A stretch of DNA of 64,000 bases from Isurus oxyrinchus (GCA_026770705.1 JANJGN010000150.1:434001-498000); one strand, 5' to 3'; positions 11,301 through 24,379 are shown, counted from the first letter of the stretch. Program-made: numbers and translations. The notes: a model not told the origin generated them from the letters alone.

Positions 11301-14300
11301 CTCAAACACTGTAACTCAGCATGGTGTCACTCTGACCTATACTTCTGTTCTGACCCTGATCCCATCACTCAAACACCACGGACACACTTTCAGCTGCAGA
11401 GTGAGATATCCAACTGTTTCATCGGAGCGGACCCTCGTACTAACTGTGCAATGTAAGTACGGACACCTTTTATTCTACATTAGCTAGAACAGTGTAGATA
11501 ATGCACAGCAGGATCCCATAGAAAGGTATTCTGATGAGAATCAGAGAATCTGTTTTTTAGGGAAAATTGTGACCGGAACACAATTAATAACAGTTTCTGA
11601 ACAGTAACACAGCGGCTTTTATTTCCAGCCAAGAGACCGATAGAGCAGAGCAGGAATCGCAATGTACTCACCCCCTGACAGTGCAGCACTCCCTCAGTAC
11701 TGACCCTCTGACAGTGCAGCACTCCCTCAGTACTGACCCTCTGACAGTGCAGCACTCCCTCAGTACTGAACCTCTGACAGTGCAGCACTCACTCAGTACT
11801 GACCCCCTGACAGTGCAGCACTCACTCAGTACTGACCCTCTGACAGTGCAGTACACCCTCAGTACTGACCCTCTGACAGTGCAGCACTCCCTCAGTACTC
11901 ACCCCCTGACAGTGCAGCACTCCCTCAGTACTGACCCTCCGACAGTGCAGCACTCCCTCAGTACTGACCCTCTGACAGTGCAGCACTCCCTCAGTACTGA
12001 CCCTCTGACAGTGCAGCACTCCCTCAGTACTGACCCTCTGACAGTGCAGCACTCACTCAATACTGAACCTCTGACAGTACAGCACTCCCTCAGTACTGAC
12101 CCCCTGACAGTGCAGCACTCCCTCAGTACTGACCCTCTGACAGTGCAGTACTCACTCAATACTGAACCTCTGACAGTGCAGCACTCCCTCAGTACTCACC
12201 CCCTGACAGTGCAGCACTCCCTCAGTACTGACCCTCTGACAGTGCAGCACTCCCTCAGTACTGACCCTCTGACAGTGCAGCACTCCCTCAGTACTGACCC
12301 CCTGACAGTGCAGCACTCCCTCAGTACTGACCCTCTGACAGTGCAGCACTCCCTCAGTACTGACCCTCTGACAGTGCAGCACTCCCTCAGTACTGACCCC
12401 CTGACCGTGCAGCACTCACTCAGTACTGACCTTCTGACTGTACAGCATTCCCTCAGTACTGACCCTCTGACTGTACAGCATTCCCTTAGTACTGACCCTC
12501 CGACAGTGCAGCTCTCCCTCAGTACTGGCCCTCTGACTGTGCAGCACTCCCTCAATACTGACCCTCTGACAGGGCAGCACTCCCTCAGTACTGACCCTTT
12601 GACAGTGCAGCACTCCCTCAGTACTGACCCTCTGACAGTGCAGCACCCCCTCAGTTCTGATCCTCCGACAGTGCAGCACCTCCTCAGTACTGACTCTCCG
12701 ACAGTGCAGCACTCCTTCAGTACTGACCCTCTGACAGTGCAGCACTCCCTTAGTACTGACCCTCCAACAGTGCAGCACTCAATCAGTACAGACCCTGCAA
12801 CAGTGTTGCAATCCCTCAGTACTGACCCCCTGATCGTGCAGCACTCCCTCAGTACTGATCCTCCGACATCGCAGCACTCCCTCAATAATGTCCCTCCAAC
12901 AGTGCAGCACTCCCTCAGTACTGACCCTCCGACAGTGCAGCACTCCTTCAGTACTGACCCTCTGACAGTGCAGCACTCCCTCAGTCCTGTCCCTCTGATA
13001 GTGCAACACTCTCTCAGAACTGACCCGCTGACAGTGCAGCACTCCCTCAGTACTGACCCTCTGACAGTGCAGCACTCCCTCAGTACTGACCCTCTGACAG
13101 TGCAGCACTCTCTCAGTACTGATCCTCCAACAGTTTAGAAATCTCTCTGTACTGATCCTCCATCCGTGCAGCACTCCCACAGTACAGACCCTCCAACAGT
13201 GCAGCACTCCCTCAGTACTGACCCTCTGACAGTGCAGCACTCCCTCAGTACTGACCCTCTGACAGTGCAGCACTCCTTCACTACTGAAGCTCCAACTCTG
13301 CAGCGCTCCCTCAGATCTTACAATCCAACATTGAATACCTCCCTCCCGACTGACCCTCAGATAATGCTGCAGTCCCTTGTTCCAGAGCTTCCAACTGTGC
13401 AACACTCCCTCAGTAATGACCCTTTGACAGTGCTGCTCTCCCTCAGTATTGCCTTTAAACTAAATAGATGGGGAGAGTGTTCTGGAGAGGGTATATGTAG
13501 GCTTACAAAGCAAAAGGATTTGTCAGCATTGCAGGATAGCTGTTTTGGTGATGATACCCAGTGTGTGACAGGTGGGTACACAGTGTCCAAACATTAAAAT
13601 ACATCAGCAAATAGTGTCAGAGGGAGGAAAATGATAAAAAGACAAAATTAATGGCTCTTGACTTAAATGCACATAGTATTTGGAACAACATAAATGAATT
13701 AAAGGCACAAATAGAGGTTAATGGGTTTGATCTTATAGCCATTATGGAGACATGGTTACAAGGAGATCAAAGCTTTGAAATAAATATTCAGGGGTATGTG
13801 ACTTTTCAAAAAGACAGGCAGGAAGGAAAGGTGGTGGGGTAGCTTTGTTAATAGGAGATGGAATAAGTACGAAAGCAAGAAATGATCTTGGATCGGAGGG
13901 TATAGAATCCATATGGCTCGAGGTAATGAATAACAAGTGGAGGAAGGAACTGGTGGGAGTGGTCTATCAACCCCATGACTGTAGCTCGGCTATAGGACAG
14001 AGAATAAATCATGAGATAATGAGGGCATGTAAAAAAGGCAGTACATTAATCTTCATGTAGATTGGGAAAACCCAATTGGCAGAGGTAGCCATGAGCAAGA
14101 ATTCATAGAGTGTATTCAAGACAGTTTCCTGGAATAATATGTCGTGGATCTAACCAGGGATCAGGCTATTTTGGATCTGGTAATGTGTAATGAGGCAGGT
14201 TTCATACATGATCTCAGAATAAATGATCCCCTGGAAAACAGTGACCATAACATGGTAGAATTTAGCATTCCGTTTGAGACTGAGAAACGTGGGTCGGAAA

Positions 14301-17300
14301 CAACTGTGCTGGACTTAAATAAGTGTAATGACAAAGGAATAAGGACAGGGTTGTCTGGAGTGGACTGGGAAAGGGGTTTAGCAGAAAAGATGCTGGATGA
14401 ACAATGGCAGATCTTTAACAAAATAGCTCATGACTCACAACAAAGATATATCCCAGTGAGGAAGAAGGATTGTAGGAAGAGAATAAACCAACCTGGGTTA
14501 CCCAAAGAAGTTAAGGTGTGTGTCAAATTGAAAGAAAAAACATGCAGCACGACAAAGATTAGTGGTAAGCCAGAGGATTGAGAGAGTTTTAAAAACCAAC
14601 AGAAGATGACCAAAAAATAAATAAAGAGGGAGAAAACTAGGTAAACTAGTAATTGATATAAAAAAGGACAGTAAAAGCTTCTTTAAATATATAAAAAGGG
14701 AGAGAGAGACCAAAGTGAACATGGGCCCCTTAGAGAACTAGGCTGGGGAAATAATAATGGGGAACCAGAAAATGACAGAGGAGTTGAATAAATACTTTGC
14801 ATCAGTCTTCACAATAGAACACACTAATATCATTCCAAAAATACTAAATAATCAAGGGGCAAAAGGGGGGTGGGGAGAGGAAATAAATACAATAACTATC
14901 ACTAGAGAATAACGCTAGCGAAACTAATGGGTCTCAAGTCTGATAGGTCTCCTGGACCTGATAGGTTGCATCTTAGGATATTAAAGGAAGTAGATGCAGA
15001 GATAGTGGATGTACTGGTTTTAATCTTCCAAGAATCCTTAGATTCTGGGAAACTCCCAGAGGATTGGAAATCTGCCAAAGTAACACCCATATTCAAAAAG
15101 GGAGGGAGACAACAAACAGGTAACTATAGGCCAGTTAGCTTAACATCTGTCATTGGGAACATGTTAGAGTCCATTATAAAGGATGTAATAGCAGACTATT
15201 TAGAAATGCATAATTTAAACAAACACAGGCTTCATGAAGGGGAAATCATGCATGACAAATTTATTAGAATTCTTTGAGGAGGTAACAAACAGGATAGATA
15301 AAGGGGAACCAGTAGATGTAATATATTTGGATTTCCAAAAGGCATTCAGTAAAGTACCACATATAAGGCTACTTAATAAGATAAGAGCCCATGGTGTTGG
15401 GGGCAGTATATTAGCATGGATAGAGGATCGGCTAACTAATAGAAGTCAGAGAGTTGGGATAAGGGGGGCATTTTCAGGATGACAACCTGTGGATTGCCAC
15501 ACGGATCAGTGCTGGGGCCACAATTATTTACAATATATAATTAATGACTTGGATGAGGGAAATTAATGTACTATCGCCAAGTTTGCGGATGACACAAAAA
15601 TAGATGGGAAGGCAAGCGGTGAGGGTGACACGAAGAGTCTACAGAGAGACATAGACAGGTTCAGTGAGTGGGCATCAACTTGGCAGATGGAATATAATGT
15701 GGGAAAATGTGAGCTGCTGCACTGTGGCAGGATGTATAGAGGAGCTGAATATTATTTCAATGGAGAAAGACATTGGAAAGCTGAAGCATAGAGGAATTTG
15801 GGGGTCATCAGAAAGATAACATACAAGTTCAGCAGTTAATAGGGAAGGCAGGTGGAATGTTGGCCTTTATTTCAAAGGGAATGGAGTATAAAAATAGGGA
15901 AGACTTGCTAAAACTTTACAAGGCACTCGTTAGACCACACCTAGAATACTGTGAGCAGTTTTGGTTCCCTTATCTAAGGAAAGATGTACTGGCATCGGAG
16001 GCAGTCCAGAGAAGGTTCACTAGGTTGATCCCAGTAATGGAGGGATTTTCATATGAGGAGAGGTTGAGTAGGATGGGCCTGTACTCATTGGAGTTTAGGA
16101 GAATGAGAGCTGACCTTATTGAAACATATAAGATTCTTAGGGTGCTTGACAGGGTAGATGCTGAGAGGTTGTTTCCCCTTGTGGGAGAGTCTAGGACCAG
16201 AGGGCATAATCTCAGAGTAAGGGGTCACCCATTTAAGACAGAGATGAGGAGTTTCTTCTCTCAGAGGGTAGTGAATGTGTGGAATTCTATACCGCAGAGA
16301 GCTGCAGAGGCTGGGTCATTAATTATATTCAAGGCTGAGATACACAGTTTTTTGGGGGACAAGTCAGTCTACAATGCTGCATCGGAATCAACAATACAAC
16401 AATATGGGGGTTGGATCAGAAATAATCCCTTAGACAATGAGGATCCAAAAAGATTCCTTAGACAAAGAAGATCCAAAGAGATTCATTAAACAATGAGGAT
16501 CCAGGGATAAATATTGAGATTTCTCTCCCCAGCTGGACTGTCACAAGAGTGGAAAGGTGACACTCCACGAGAGGTGACAGCGCAGGAATCTGTGTACAGA
16601 TTCCATTTCGTTACAGTTATCCAGTAGAGTTGGAAAACAAACCACGAGATGGAATCTGGTGTAATAAAGAAACACACAAATTGGGTTCTCCCATTGCCTT
16701 TCACTCCAAGGATCACAGTCACGAGTTACCACGGTTCCACCATCGGACCCGGCTGTCTGGAGACCTGAAAGATGGCGACTGTTCCCTGATTATAAACAAC
16801 ATCAGACGGGAAGATGCAGGACCTTATTTTTTCAGGATAGAATTTGACGGCAGGAAAAGATACAACTACTATCCTGTAACCCAGCTTCATGTTTCTGGTA
16901 AGTGCTGTGTTATAATTACTCAACAATTCACATTCAACACTCAATGGGAAATAACACAAACTGTGACGTTTACATATTAACACAAAACACAGTTTATTTT
17001 TACACACTGTCTGATTCTCAATAACCTGGTGATTGCTTCCAGTTCAGTCTTAAAGCAACCTCTAATAATCACTTTAATGTCAATGATTAAATGTATTGAC
17101 TGTGTCCATCAATGCTATCAGGCTATCCACTCCCATCAGTCTCTCTAATCCTGTTTAAAAGTCTAACAATTTGACAAAAGAAGGACGTGCATTCCTATAG
17201 CACCTTTCACCACCTCAACAAACTTCAAATCACTTCACAGACAATGAAGAAATTCTTGAAGTATAGTCACTGTCTAACGTGGCAGTGAGTTTGTACACAG

Positions 17301-20243
17301 GAAGCTCCCACAGAGAGCAATGGGATCAGTGACCCAGATCTCTGAGAGAATGATGAGCCAGGGTTCCATGAGCTGTGGACTGCTCCATCACCCACACCCC
17401 AGTGTTGGCAATTCAAGGTTCTGGGAGTGAAAGTGTATTCAGCTCAGTGACACATTCCCCACCAAGTTTGAAAATAGGAAAGTTGCTGCTGATTGTTGTG
17501 ACCTCTCAGTTCCCATCTCATCCTTGGAAACCTGCTTTCAAAATACAAAAGCAAGTCTCGCATTTCCATAGCGCCTTTCACCACCTCAGGACGATCCTAA
17601 ATCGATTCACAGCCAATGAAGTGATTCTTGAAGTACACATTCTCCCCACTCTCTGGGTAAAGAAGTTTCTCCTGAATTCCCCATTGGATTTATTAGTGAG
17701 GATGTTATACTGTCAGCCTCTGGTTTTGTTCATTGTGATGAGTGGAAACACTCTCTCCATGTCTACTCGATCAAAACCTTTCACTACTTCAAAGGTCAAA
17801 TGAGGTCACCCTTCAACCTTCTCTGTTCAAGAGAACAGAGACCCAGCCTGTACATCCTCTCCTGATAGGTAAAGCCTCACATTGCGGAGATCATCCTTGT
17901 GAAGCTTTTTACCACCCTCTCCAGTGTCTCTATATCCTTTTCCAAATGCTGAGTCTGTTCTCCCCGAGCTGTGAGCTGTTCCTCCACCCTCACCCAGTCT
18001 GGTCAAATCAAGGGTCACTGAGTGAGAGTGTATTAATCTGAGTGACAGAGATTCAACAAGTGTAAAAATAGACAATTCTAAAATGATCGTTGTAACCTCT
18101 CAGTTCTGATATCATCCTTGTAAAAGTGCTTTCTCTTGTGGGACTGTGATTTCTATTTGAACTGATGCTTCACGTTATATTTCTCTAAAAGGATCCATTC
18201 TCTGTCTGTTAGATTTCACTGATAAACCCACGATATTCCCTGCTGAAATTATTGCAGGAAAGCGTGTGGATGTAAGCTGCACCTTCAACACAACGTGCAA
18301 TGGAACAGCAGCACCTGTCCTAACCTGGGACACTCCCACTGACGTACCTGGATCAGTCTCAAACACTGTAACTCAGCATGGTGTCACTCTGACCTATACT
18401 TCTGTTCTGACCCTGATCCCATCACTCAAACACCACGGACACACTCTCAACTGCAGAGTGAGATATCCATCTGTTTCATCGGAGCAGACCCTCGTACTAA
18501 CTGTGCAAGGTAATTACATACACCTTTCATTCTACATCAGCACTCCCTCAGCGCTGACCCTCTGACAGTGCAGCCCGTTCTCAGTGTCCACATTCTCAGA
18601 CCTCTCAAAGTGCTTCACAGTCGATAGCAATTAACTGATCTTTAATTGATTATTGCTGAATGAAGGGACAAGCTGTCTAAACTTTACAGCTCGCACACAT
18701 TATTTTCCATGGCAACTCTCCTCCAATCAGAGATCACTTGCCACCCAATCAGCACTCTCTTCCCTTTAAATATAAATTGTTGTTCATTTTCTGTGGTAAA
18801 CCTGCGATCTGTCTTGTTGAGTCCTGCGCTGACATCTCAATGTCCCAATGAACAGAACAAGTTCCAACAATGAGCTGTGGTTGGTGATTCCTCATGTTAC
18901 ATCCATGGACACTGGAGACTATCAGTGTGTGGCAGAGAATGAACATGGAGCAGTGGAGGGGTTCATAACCATCACTGTGGAACGTGAGTTACACAGACTT
19001 CAACATCTCTCTTAGATTCAAACACTACACAAACACACATAAATATACAGACCTAAATAGACAGCTGCAGACACACAATCCCACATCTATGAGCACACAC
19101 AAAGACACACTCACAAACAAATACACTATCACATACTGCCCTGTGGGTTTCCTGACCTCCTTCAGTGTTGCACCGGAGAGTTGACCTGGATTCTGGGATT
19201 TGTGTTCCCTTTCATATTAATGGAAGAATATGGAAATTTCAAAGTCTACTACAGACACTCAGATGCACAGAGATACTCACAGATACTCTCTGCCTCTCCA
19301 ACTCTCTATCCTCCTTTAAGAAGCTTCCTGAAACCTAACCCTTTGACCAGTCACCTGTCCCAACTCGTCCTTATGTGATTTTGTGTGAAATTTTGTTTGA
19401 GTATCTGAGAGTAAGTGAGAGGTGGAGAGGTTTAGGAAGGGAATTCCTGTTGGTGAAAAGCTTACATCAAGTTCTCAGCTTTCCAGTGCACATATTTCAC
19501 ATGATGTCCAATGTCCATGTTCATAATGGGGATTGCCTATGTAAACGTTATGCTGTAGTTACACTCTCCCACCAGTGGTGGCACGGTTGCACTTAACCCT
19601 TGCATCTCCCAGCTTTTCAAGCAATTTCACTTCCTAATTCGCTACTACTCACCTCAACCACTCCCAGTGGGAGCGAGTTCCACATTCTCCCCTCTCTCTG
19701 GGTAAAGATTGGAACTGTTTATTAAGCGGGGGGTGTAAGTCCGTGGGGGAGTCCATCTCGATCCTGCCCGAATCACACACGCGTCCGAGATGGATTTCCA
19801 CCCTGCACTAAACGTTTCCAGAATTTTCTACAGCACAATCCTGTACACAGTGATGGAGAGAAACATTGGACAGGGAGTCCAACAGCACAATGATCCATTC
19901 TCACCAATGTTCCACGCTAACGGGAAAGTTCCGATTGTCCACTCTTCGAGTGTTTACAATGAAAACATTCATTCCACATTGAATCCCAGTGGATGAGTCA
20001 ATATTACAGCAAATGTTGCAGTGATATGAAGCTTGATTGTTCAGCCAGAGTGAGAGATTGAAAGCGGAGAGTCAGTGATGATTTCTTTCTGTGTGTTCTC
20101 TAGACAGTGGAGGAGAGATTCTGCACGTGATCCTGATCCTGGGAATACGAGCTGTGATATTCCTTGTGGCTGTGGTTATCACTATCACTGGAGTCTGTGT
20201 CTGGGAGAGACAAACAGTGAAAGGAAGTCGACAGACTGTTTGA
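8354..20243 (+). CDS. Gene A: putative activating Siglec-like receptor; join(8354..8393,9929..10297,11156..11452,18213..18509,20104..20243), 380 aa
   Basis: All exons have AG/GT ends with phase-1 junctions, and the joined frame is open when the frameshifted V and half-Ig exons are skipped. Siglec V-set and C2 motifs are present, with Arg in the TM and no cytoplasmic Tyr. Confidence 0.72.
9929..10297 (+). CDS. Gene A Siglec V-set exon V1 (essential Arg present)
   Basis: AQEGSCVQIPC...W...GDCSLIINNIRREDAGTYYFRIE, matching the Siglec B-E strand disulfide pattern and F-strand Arg. CCCCAG acceptor, G|GTAAGT donor, 369 nt open. Confidence 0.93.
10770..10905 (+). mobile_element. Short Penelope-derived terminal fragment with a degenerate hammerhead-like motif
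   Basis: CTGATGA-A-GAGTC-ATACG-GACTC-GAACG, followed by a tail similar to 39000-39115 and to the minus strand of 41190-41260. Confidence 0.65.
11156..11452 (+). CDS. Gene A C2-set exon (CD33-type second domain)
   Basis: FTDKPTIFPAEIIAGKRVDVSCTFNTTCNGTAAPVLTW...SVLTLIPSLKHHGHTFSCRV. The extra BC-loop Cys is typical of Siglec domain 2. 297 nt, AG/GT. Confidence 0.92.
11665..13450. repeat. 33-bp satellite array, intronic
   Basis: Same unit; homogeneous at the 5' end, degenerating toward the 3' end. Confidence 0.95.
13452..16352 (+). mobile_element. CR1-clade LINE, near-complete disrupted ORF2 (AP endonuclease + reverse transcriptase)
   Basis: LNAHSI...DLIAIMETWL (APE), SPGPD, NYRPVSLTS, SCMTNLLEFFE, VIYLDFQKAF, FADDTK, LYKALVRPHLEYC; multiple stops and frameshifts. 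Confidence 0.93.
16533..16897 (+). pseudogene. Frameshifted V-set exon V2
   Basis: 4-nt deletion (GAAGGTTCGTGTG to GAATCTGTG) gives TAG at 16625-16627. The B-strand Cys codon is changed TGT to TTT. Splice sites are intact and FFRIE is retained in the shifted frame. Confidence 0.88.
17640..17945 (-). mobile_element. CR1-like LINE 3' fragment
   Basis: Resembles the 3' end of the other CR1 copies in the window, in reverse orientation. Confidence 0.6.
18213..18509 (+). CDS. Gene A second C2-set exon (duplicate of 11156-11452)
   Basis: 297 nt open, AG acceptor, CAAG|GTAATT donor; nearly the same peptide. Confidence 0.85.
18831..18983 (+). pseudogene. 3' half of an Ig exon (HLNVPMNRTSSNNELWLVIPHVTSMDTGDYQCVAENEHG...)
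   Basis: Near-identical to the 3' half of exons 39400-39681 and 40585-40866. The donor C|GTGAGT is retained; the 5' half and acceptor are replaced by unrelated sequence. Confidence 0.85.
20104..20243 (+). CDS. Gene A TM/tail exon with intramembrane Arg (SGGEILHVILILGIRAVIFLVAVVITITGVCVWERQTVKGSRQTV*)
   Basis: Polypyrimidine acceptor TTTCTTTCTGTGTGTTCTCTAG, phase 1; hydrophobic segment with CGA (Arg) at 20148-20150; TGA at 20241-20243. Not in the ORF track because it lacks a start codon. Confidence 0.85.
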
Positions 20244-20369
20244 AGCTTTGTACAGCAACAATCTGGTCAGTCAGTGCGGACAAATAACGTGTGATGTTGG
20301 GTTAAGTTGTAATGAAACTGGTCAGTGTCCTGGTTAGAATCACCTTCGTATCAGAGAGGTATTCCAGCA

Positions 20370-20940
20370 CAGTAGGAGCCCATTCAGCCCATTGAGTCCA
20401 TGCTGCCTCTCTGTAGAGCAATCCACTCAGTCCCATTTCCCCCGCTCTATCCCCGTATCCCTGTGAGTTTATTTCCCCTCATGTGTCCATCCAATTTCCT
20501 TTTGAAATCGTTCATCGTCTCCACTTCCACCATCCTCGTAGGCAGCGAGTTCCAGCTCATTACCACTCGCTGTGTAAAAAAGTTCCTTCTCACATCACCC
20601 CCTGTCCAAATCCTTCAATCTGTGTCCCCCAGTCCTTGTACCATCAGCTAATGGCAACAGCATCTCTTTGTCTGCCTTATCTAAACCCATCATCATCTTG
20701 TACACCTCGATCAGATCCCCCCTCAATCTCCTTTGCTCCAAGGAGAACAACCCCAGCTTCTCCAACCCAACCTTGTAGCTAAAATCCCTCATCCCTGGAC
20801 CCATTCTGCTCAATCTCCTCCCCACCCTCTCAAGGACCCTCACTTCCTTCCCAAAGTGAGGAGACCAGAACTGGACACAATACTCTAGTTGTGACCTAAC
20901 CAGAGCTTTATAAATGTTCAGCATAACCTCCCTGTGTTTT
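20370..20940 (-). mobile_element. CR1-like LINE 3' fragment
   Basis: ORF 20595-20924: KALVRSQLEYCVQFWSPH...LGLFSLEQRRLRGDLIEVYK. Confidence 0.88.
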
Positions 20941-21679
20941 TACTCAATCCCTCGATTTATGAAAAGCTTATTCTTTCCATCAGCACAAACAGCAATTTCC
21001 AAGCGGACTCCCATCAGCAGACAGAGTGCAATGAAACATCGGCATGCCTGCTTCTTAATGTACGGAGAGAAACCTGCAACGAGAGATTCTCCTTCTTCTC
21101 CTCAGCAAGCTGAAACTTTTCCTTATACCTGGTGCTCCCCAGTCCTGCTGTGTGGACACATCATAACCACGGCATTATCTGGCTGTGTGCAGCCAACATG
21201 GTCGAATAGGAATGAACGGAAATGTGACGTTGCTAAACTCTGTTCTCTGATTGGAATGTGCTTTCTGAATGCTGCACCTTTTTCATGCTGCGATAGATTG
21301 TAAGAAGCATTTGGGTTATGAATAAAATTACATTGATTAACACAAGTGATTAAAATGCTCAGCCTGTTCTGTAGATATTTATAGATTAAAATTCTTATTT
21401 TGAAGCCAAATTTTTGGCTCAAAGACATTACTTCATGTTGTCACATTTGTTCTATCATACGAATTCCTGTGCCCAGCTTTATAATAGAAATTTCCCATGT
21501 AAACATGTCACATTGTAGTTTCACACTCCTGCCAGTGGTGGTGCCATTCCAAAGCTGTCTTGCTGCACCGAACAGTGGGAAATATTCTCGACGTGTACAT
21601 GATGTTGTTGTTACACGGACATCAGGCGGAACCTTGGGCAGTGCCTAGAATGCACTTAGAACAGTGCAGACCACGCTCA

Positions 21680-24160
21680 GAACTGACAGTGCAGCGTTTC
21701 CTCAGTGCTGACCCTCCGTCAGTGCAGCGCTCCCTCATTACTGTCCCTCTGACAGTGCTGCACTACCTCATTATTGACCCTTTTCAAGTGCAGCACCCCG
21801 TCAGCACTGACCTTCTGACAGTGCAGCACTCCCTCATGGATGACAATCTGACAGTGCAGCACTCCCTCAGTACTCACTCACCCACAGTGCAGCATTACCT
21901 CAGTACTGATCCTCTGATACTGTATCCCTCCCTCACTACTGACCTTCCGACAGTTCGGCACTCCCTCGGTACACACCTTCTGACTGTGCAGCACTCCCAC
22001 AGTGCTGACAAACTGACAGTGCAGCATTCCCTCAGTACTGACCCTCTGACACTGTATCCCTCCCTCACTACTGACCTTCCGACAGTTCAGCACTCCCTCA
22101 GTACTGACGCTCCCACAGTGCAGTACTCCCTCAATTCTCACCCTCCCACAGTGCAGCACTCCCTCAGTACTCACCCTCCCACTGTGCTGTGCGAGTTGTT
22201 TCAATCAAGACTGATGCCCAAAGAGGGAGGTTTCATTGCTAAATCATTGAAATCGTGAAAATTATTTTTAGGCTTACGGGAACAAAACTTAGTTCCTCAA
22301 ATCCTTTCTTTTGCAATAACACACAGTACAAGAATTGTGTTTAAATAAATTCCAGTTAAACTTTGCCATGAAAGGATATCTCTCCGCTCTACCTCAGTAC
22401 TAACCCTCCCACAGTCCGGCACCCCCTCAATACTGACCCTCCAACTGTGCGGAACTCACTCAGTACAGACCCTCCGACAGTGCAGCACTCCCACATTACT
22501 GACCCTCTGACAGTGCAGCCCTCCCACATTACTGACCCTCTGACAGTGCAGCAATCCCTCATTACTGACCATCTGACAGTGCAGCCCTCCCACATTACTG
22601 ACCCTCTGATAGTGCAGCACTCCCTCATTACTGACCAACTGACAGTGCAGACCTCCCACATTACTGACCCTCTGACAGTGCAGCCCTCCCACATTACTGA
22701 CCCTCTGACAGTGCAGCCCTCCCACATTACTGACCCTCTGATAGTGCAGCACTCCCTCATTACTGACCACGTGACAGTGCAGACCTCCCACATTACTGAC
22801 CCTCTGACAGTGCAGCCCTCCCACATTACTGACCCTCTGACAGTGCAGCACTCCCTCATTACTGATCCTCTGACAGTGCAGCACTCCCTCAGTACTCACT
22901 CTCCCACAGTGCAGCACTCCCTCAGTACTCACTCTCCCGAAGTGCAGCCCTCCCTCAGTACTCACCCTCCCACAGTGCTGTGTGAGTTGTTTCAATCAAG
23001 ACTGGTGCACAAAGAGGGAGGTTTCAATGCTAAATCATTGAATCGGTGAAAATTATTTTTAGGCTGAGGGGAACAAGACTTAGTTCCTCAAATCCTTTCT
23101 TTTGCAATAACACACAGTACAAGAATTCTGTTTAAATAAATTCCAGTTAAACTATGCCATGAAAGGATATCTCCTCACGCTCCGCTCTACCTCAGTACTA
23201 ACCCTCCCACAGTCCGGCACCCCCTCAATACTGACCCTCCAACTGTGCGGAACTCACTCAGTACTGACCCTCCGACAGTGCAACACTCCCACATTACTGA
23301 CCCTCTGACAGTGCAGCCTTCCCACATTACTGACCCTCTGACAGTGCAGCACTCCCTCATTACTGACCATCTGACAGTGCAGACCTCCCACATTACTGAC
23401 CCTCTGACAGTGCAGCCCTCCCACATTACTGACCCTCTGACAGTGCAGCCCTCCCACATTACTGACCCTCTGACAGTGCAGCACTCCCTCATTACTGAAC
23501 CTCTGACAGTGCAGCACTCCCTCAGTACTCACTCTCCCACAGTGCAGCACTCCCTCAGTACTCATACTCCCACAGTGCAGCACTCCCTCAGTACTCACCC
23601 TCCCACAGTGCAGCACTCCCTCAGTACTCACCCTCCCACTGTGCTGAGCGAGTTGTTTCAATCAAGACTGGTGCACAAAGAGGGAGGTTTCATTGCTAAA
23701 TCATTGAAATCCGTGAAAATTATTTTTAGGCTTACGGGAACAAGACTTAGTTCCTCAAATCCTTTCTTTTGCAATAACACACAGTACAAGAATTGTGTTT
23801 AAATAAATTCCAGTTAAACTTTGCCATGAAAGGATATCTCCTCACACTCCACTCTACCTCAGTACTAACCCTCCCACAGTCCGGCACCCCCTCAATACTG
23901 ACCCTCCAACTGTGCGGAACTCACTCAGTTCAGACCCACCGACAGTTCAGCACTCCCTTATTACTTACCCTCTGATAGTGCAGCACTCACTCATTACTGA
24001 CGCTCTGATGTTGCAGCACTCCCACATTACTGACTCTCTGACAGTGCAGCCCTCCCACATTACTGACTCTCTGACAGTGCAGCCCTCCCACATTACTGAC
24101 CCTCTGATAGTGCAGCACTCCCACAGTAAACTCCCGCTGACAGTGCAGCACTCCCTCCGT
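21680..24160. repeat. 33-bp satellite variants interleaved with a triplicated ~195-bp spacer
   Basis: Spacer GAGTTGTTTCAATCAAGACTG...GCCATGAAAGGATATCTC at ~22192, ~22983 and ~23650. A local unit variant contains CCCACATTACTG. Confidence 0.9.
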
Positions 24161-24379
24161 AATGATAACAGGGATCGTTGAAATGTATCATAAGGCCAGA
24201 GACCTGTATTGGGAACTCTTATCGCCTGAGTTTCAGCCTCCGAGGTGAGGGGCAGGAGTCTAATCCCACAGAGCCAATGGAGAAGCTTCATGACTACAGC
24301 TGCCCAAATATGAGCTGACAGATCATCACATGGTAAGCGTTTTGCTGAGAGCACAAAACATCCTCGATCTTCTCACTGG

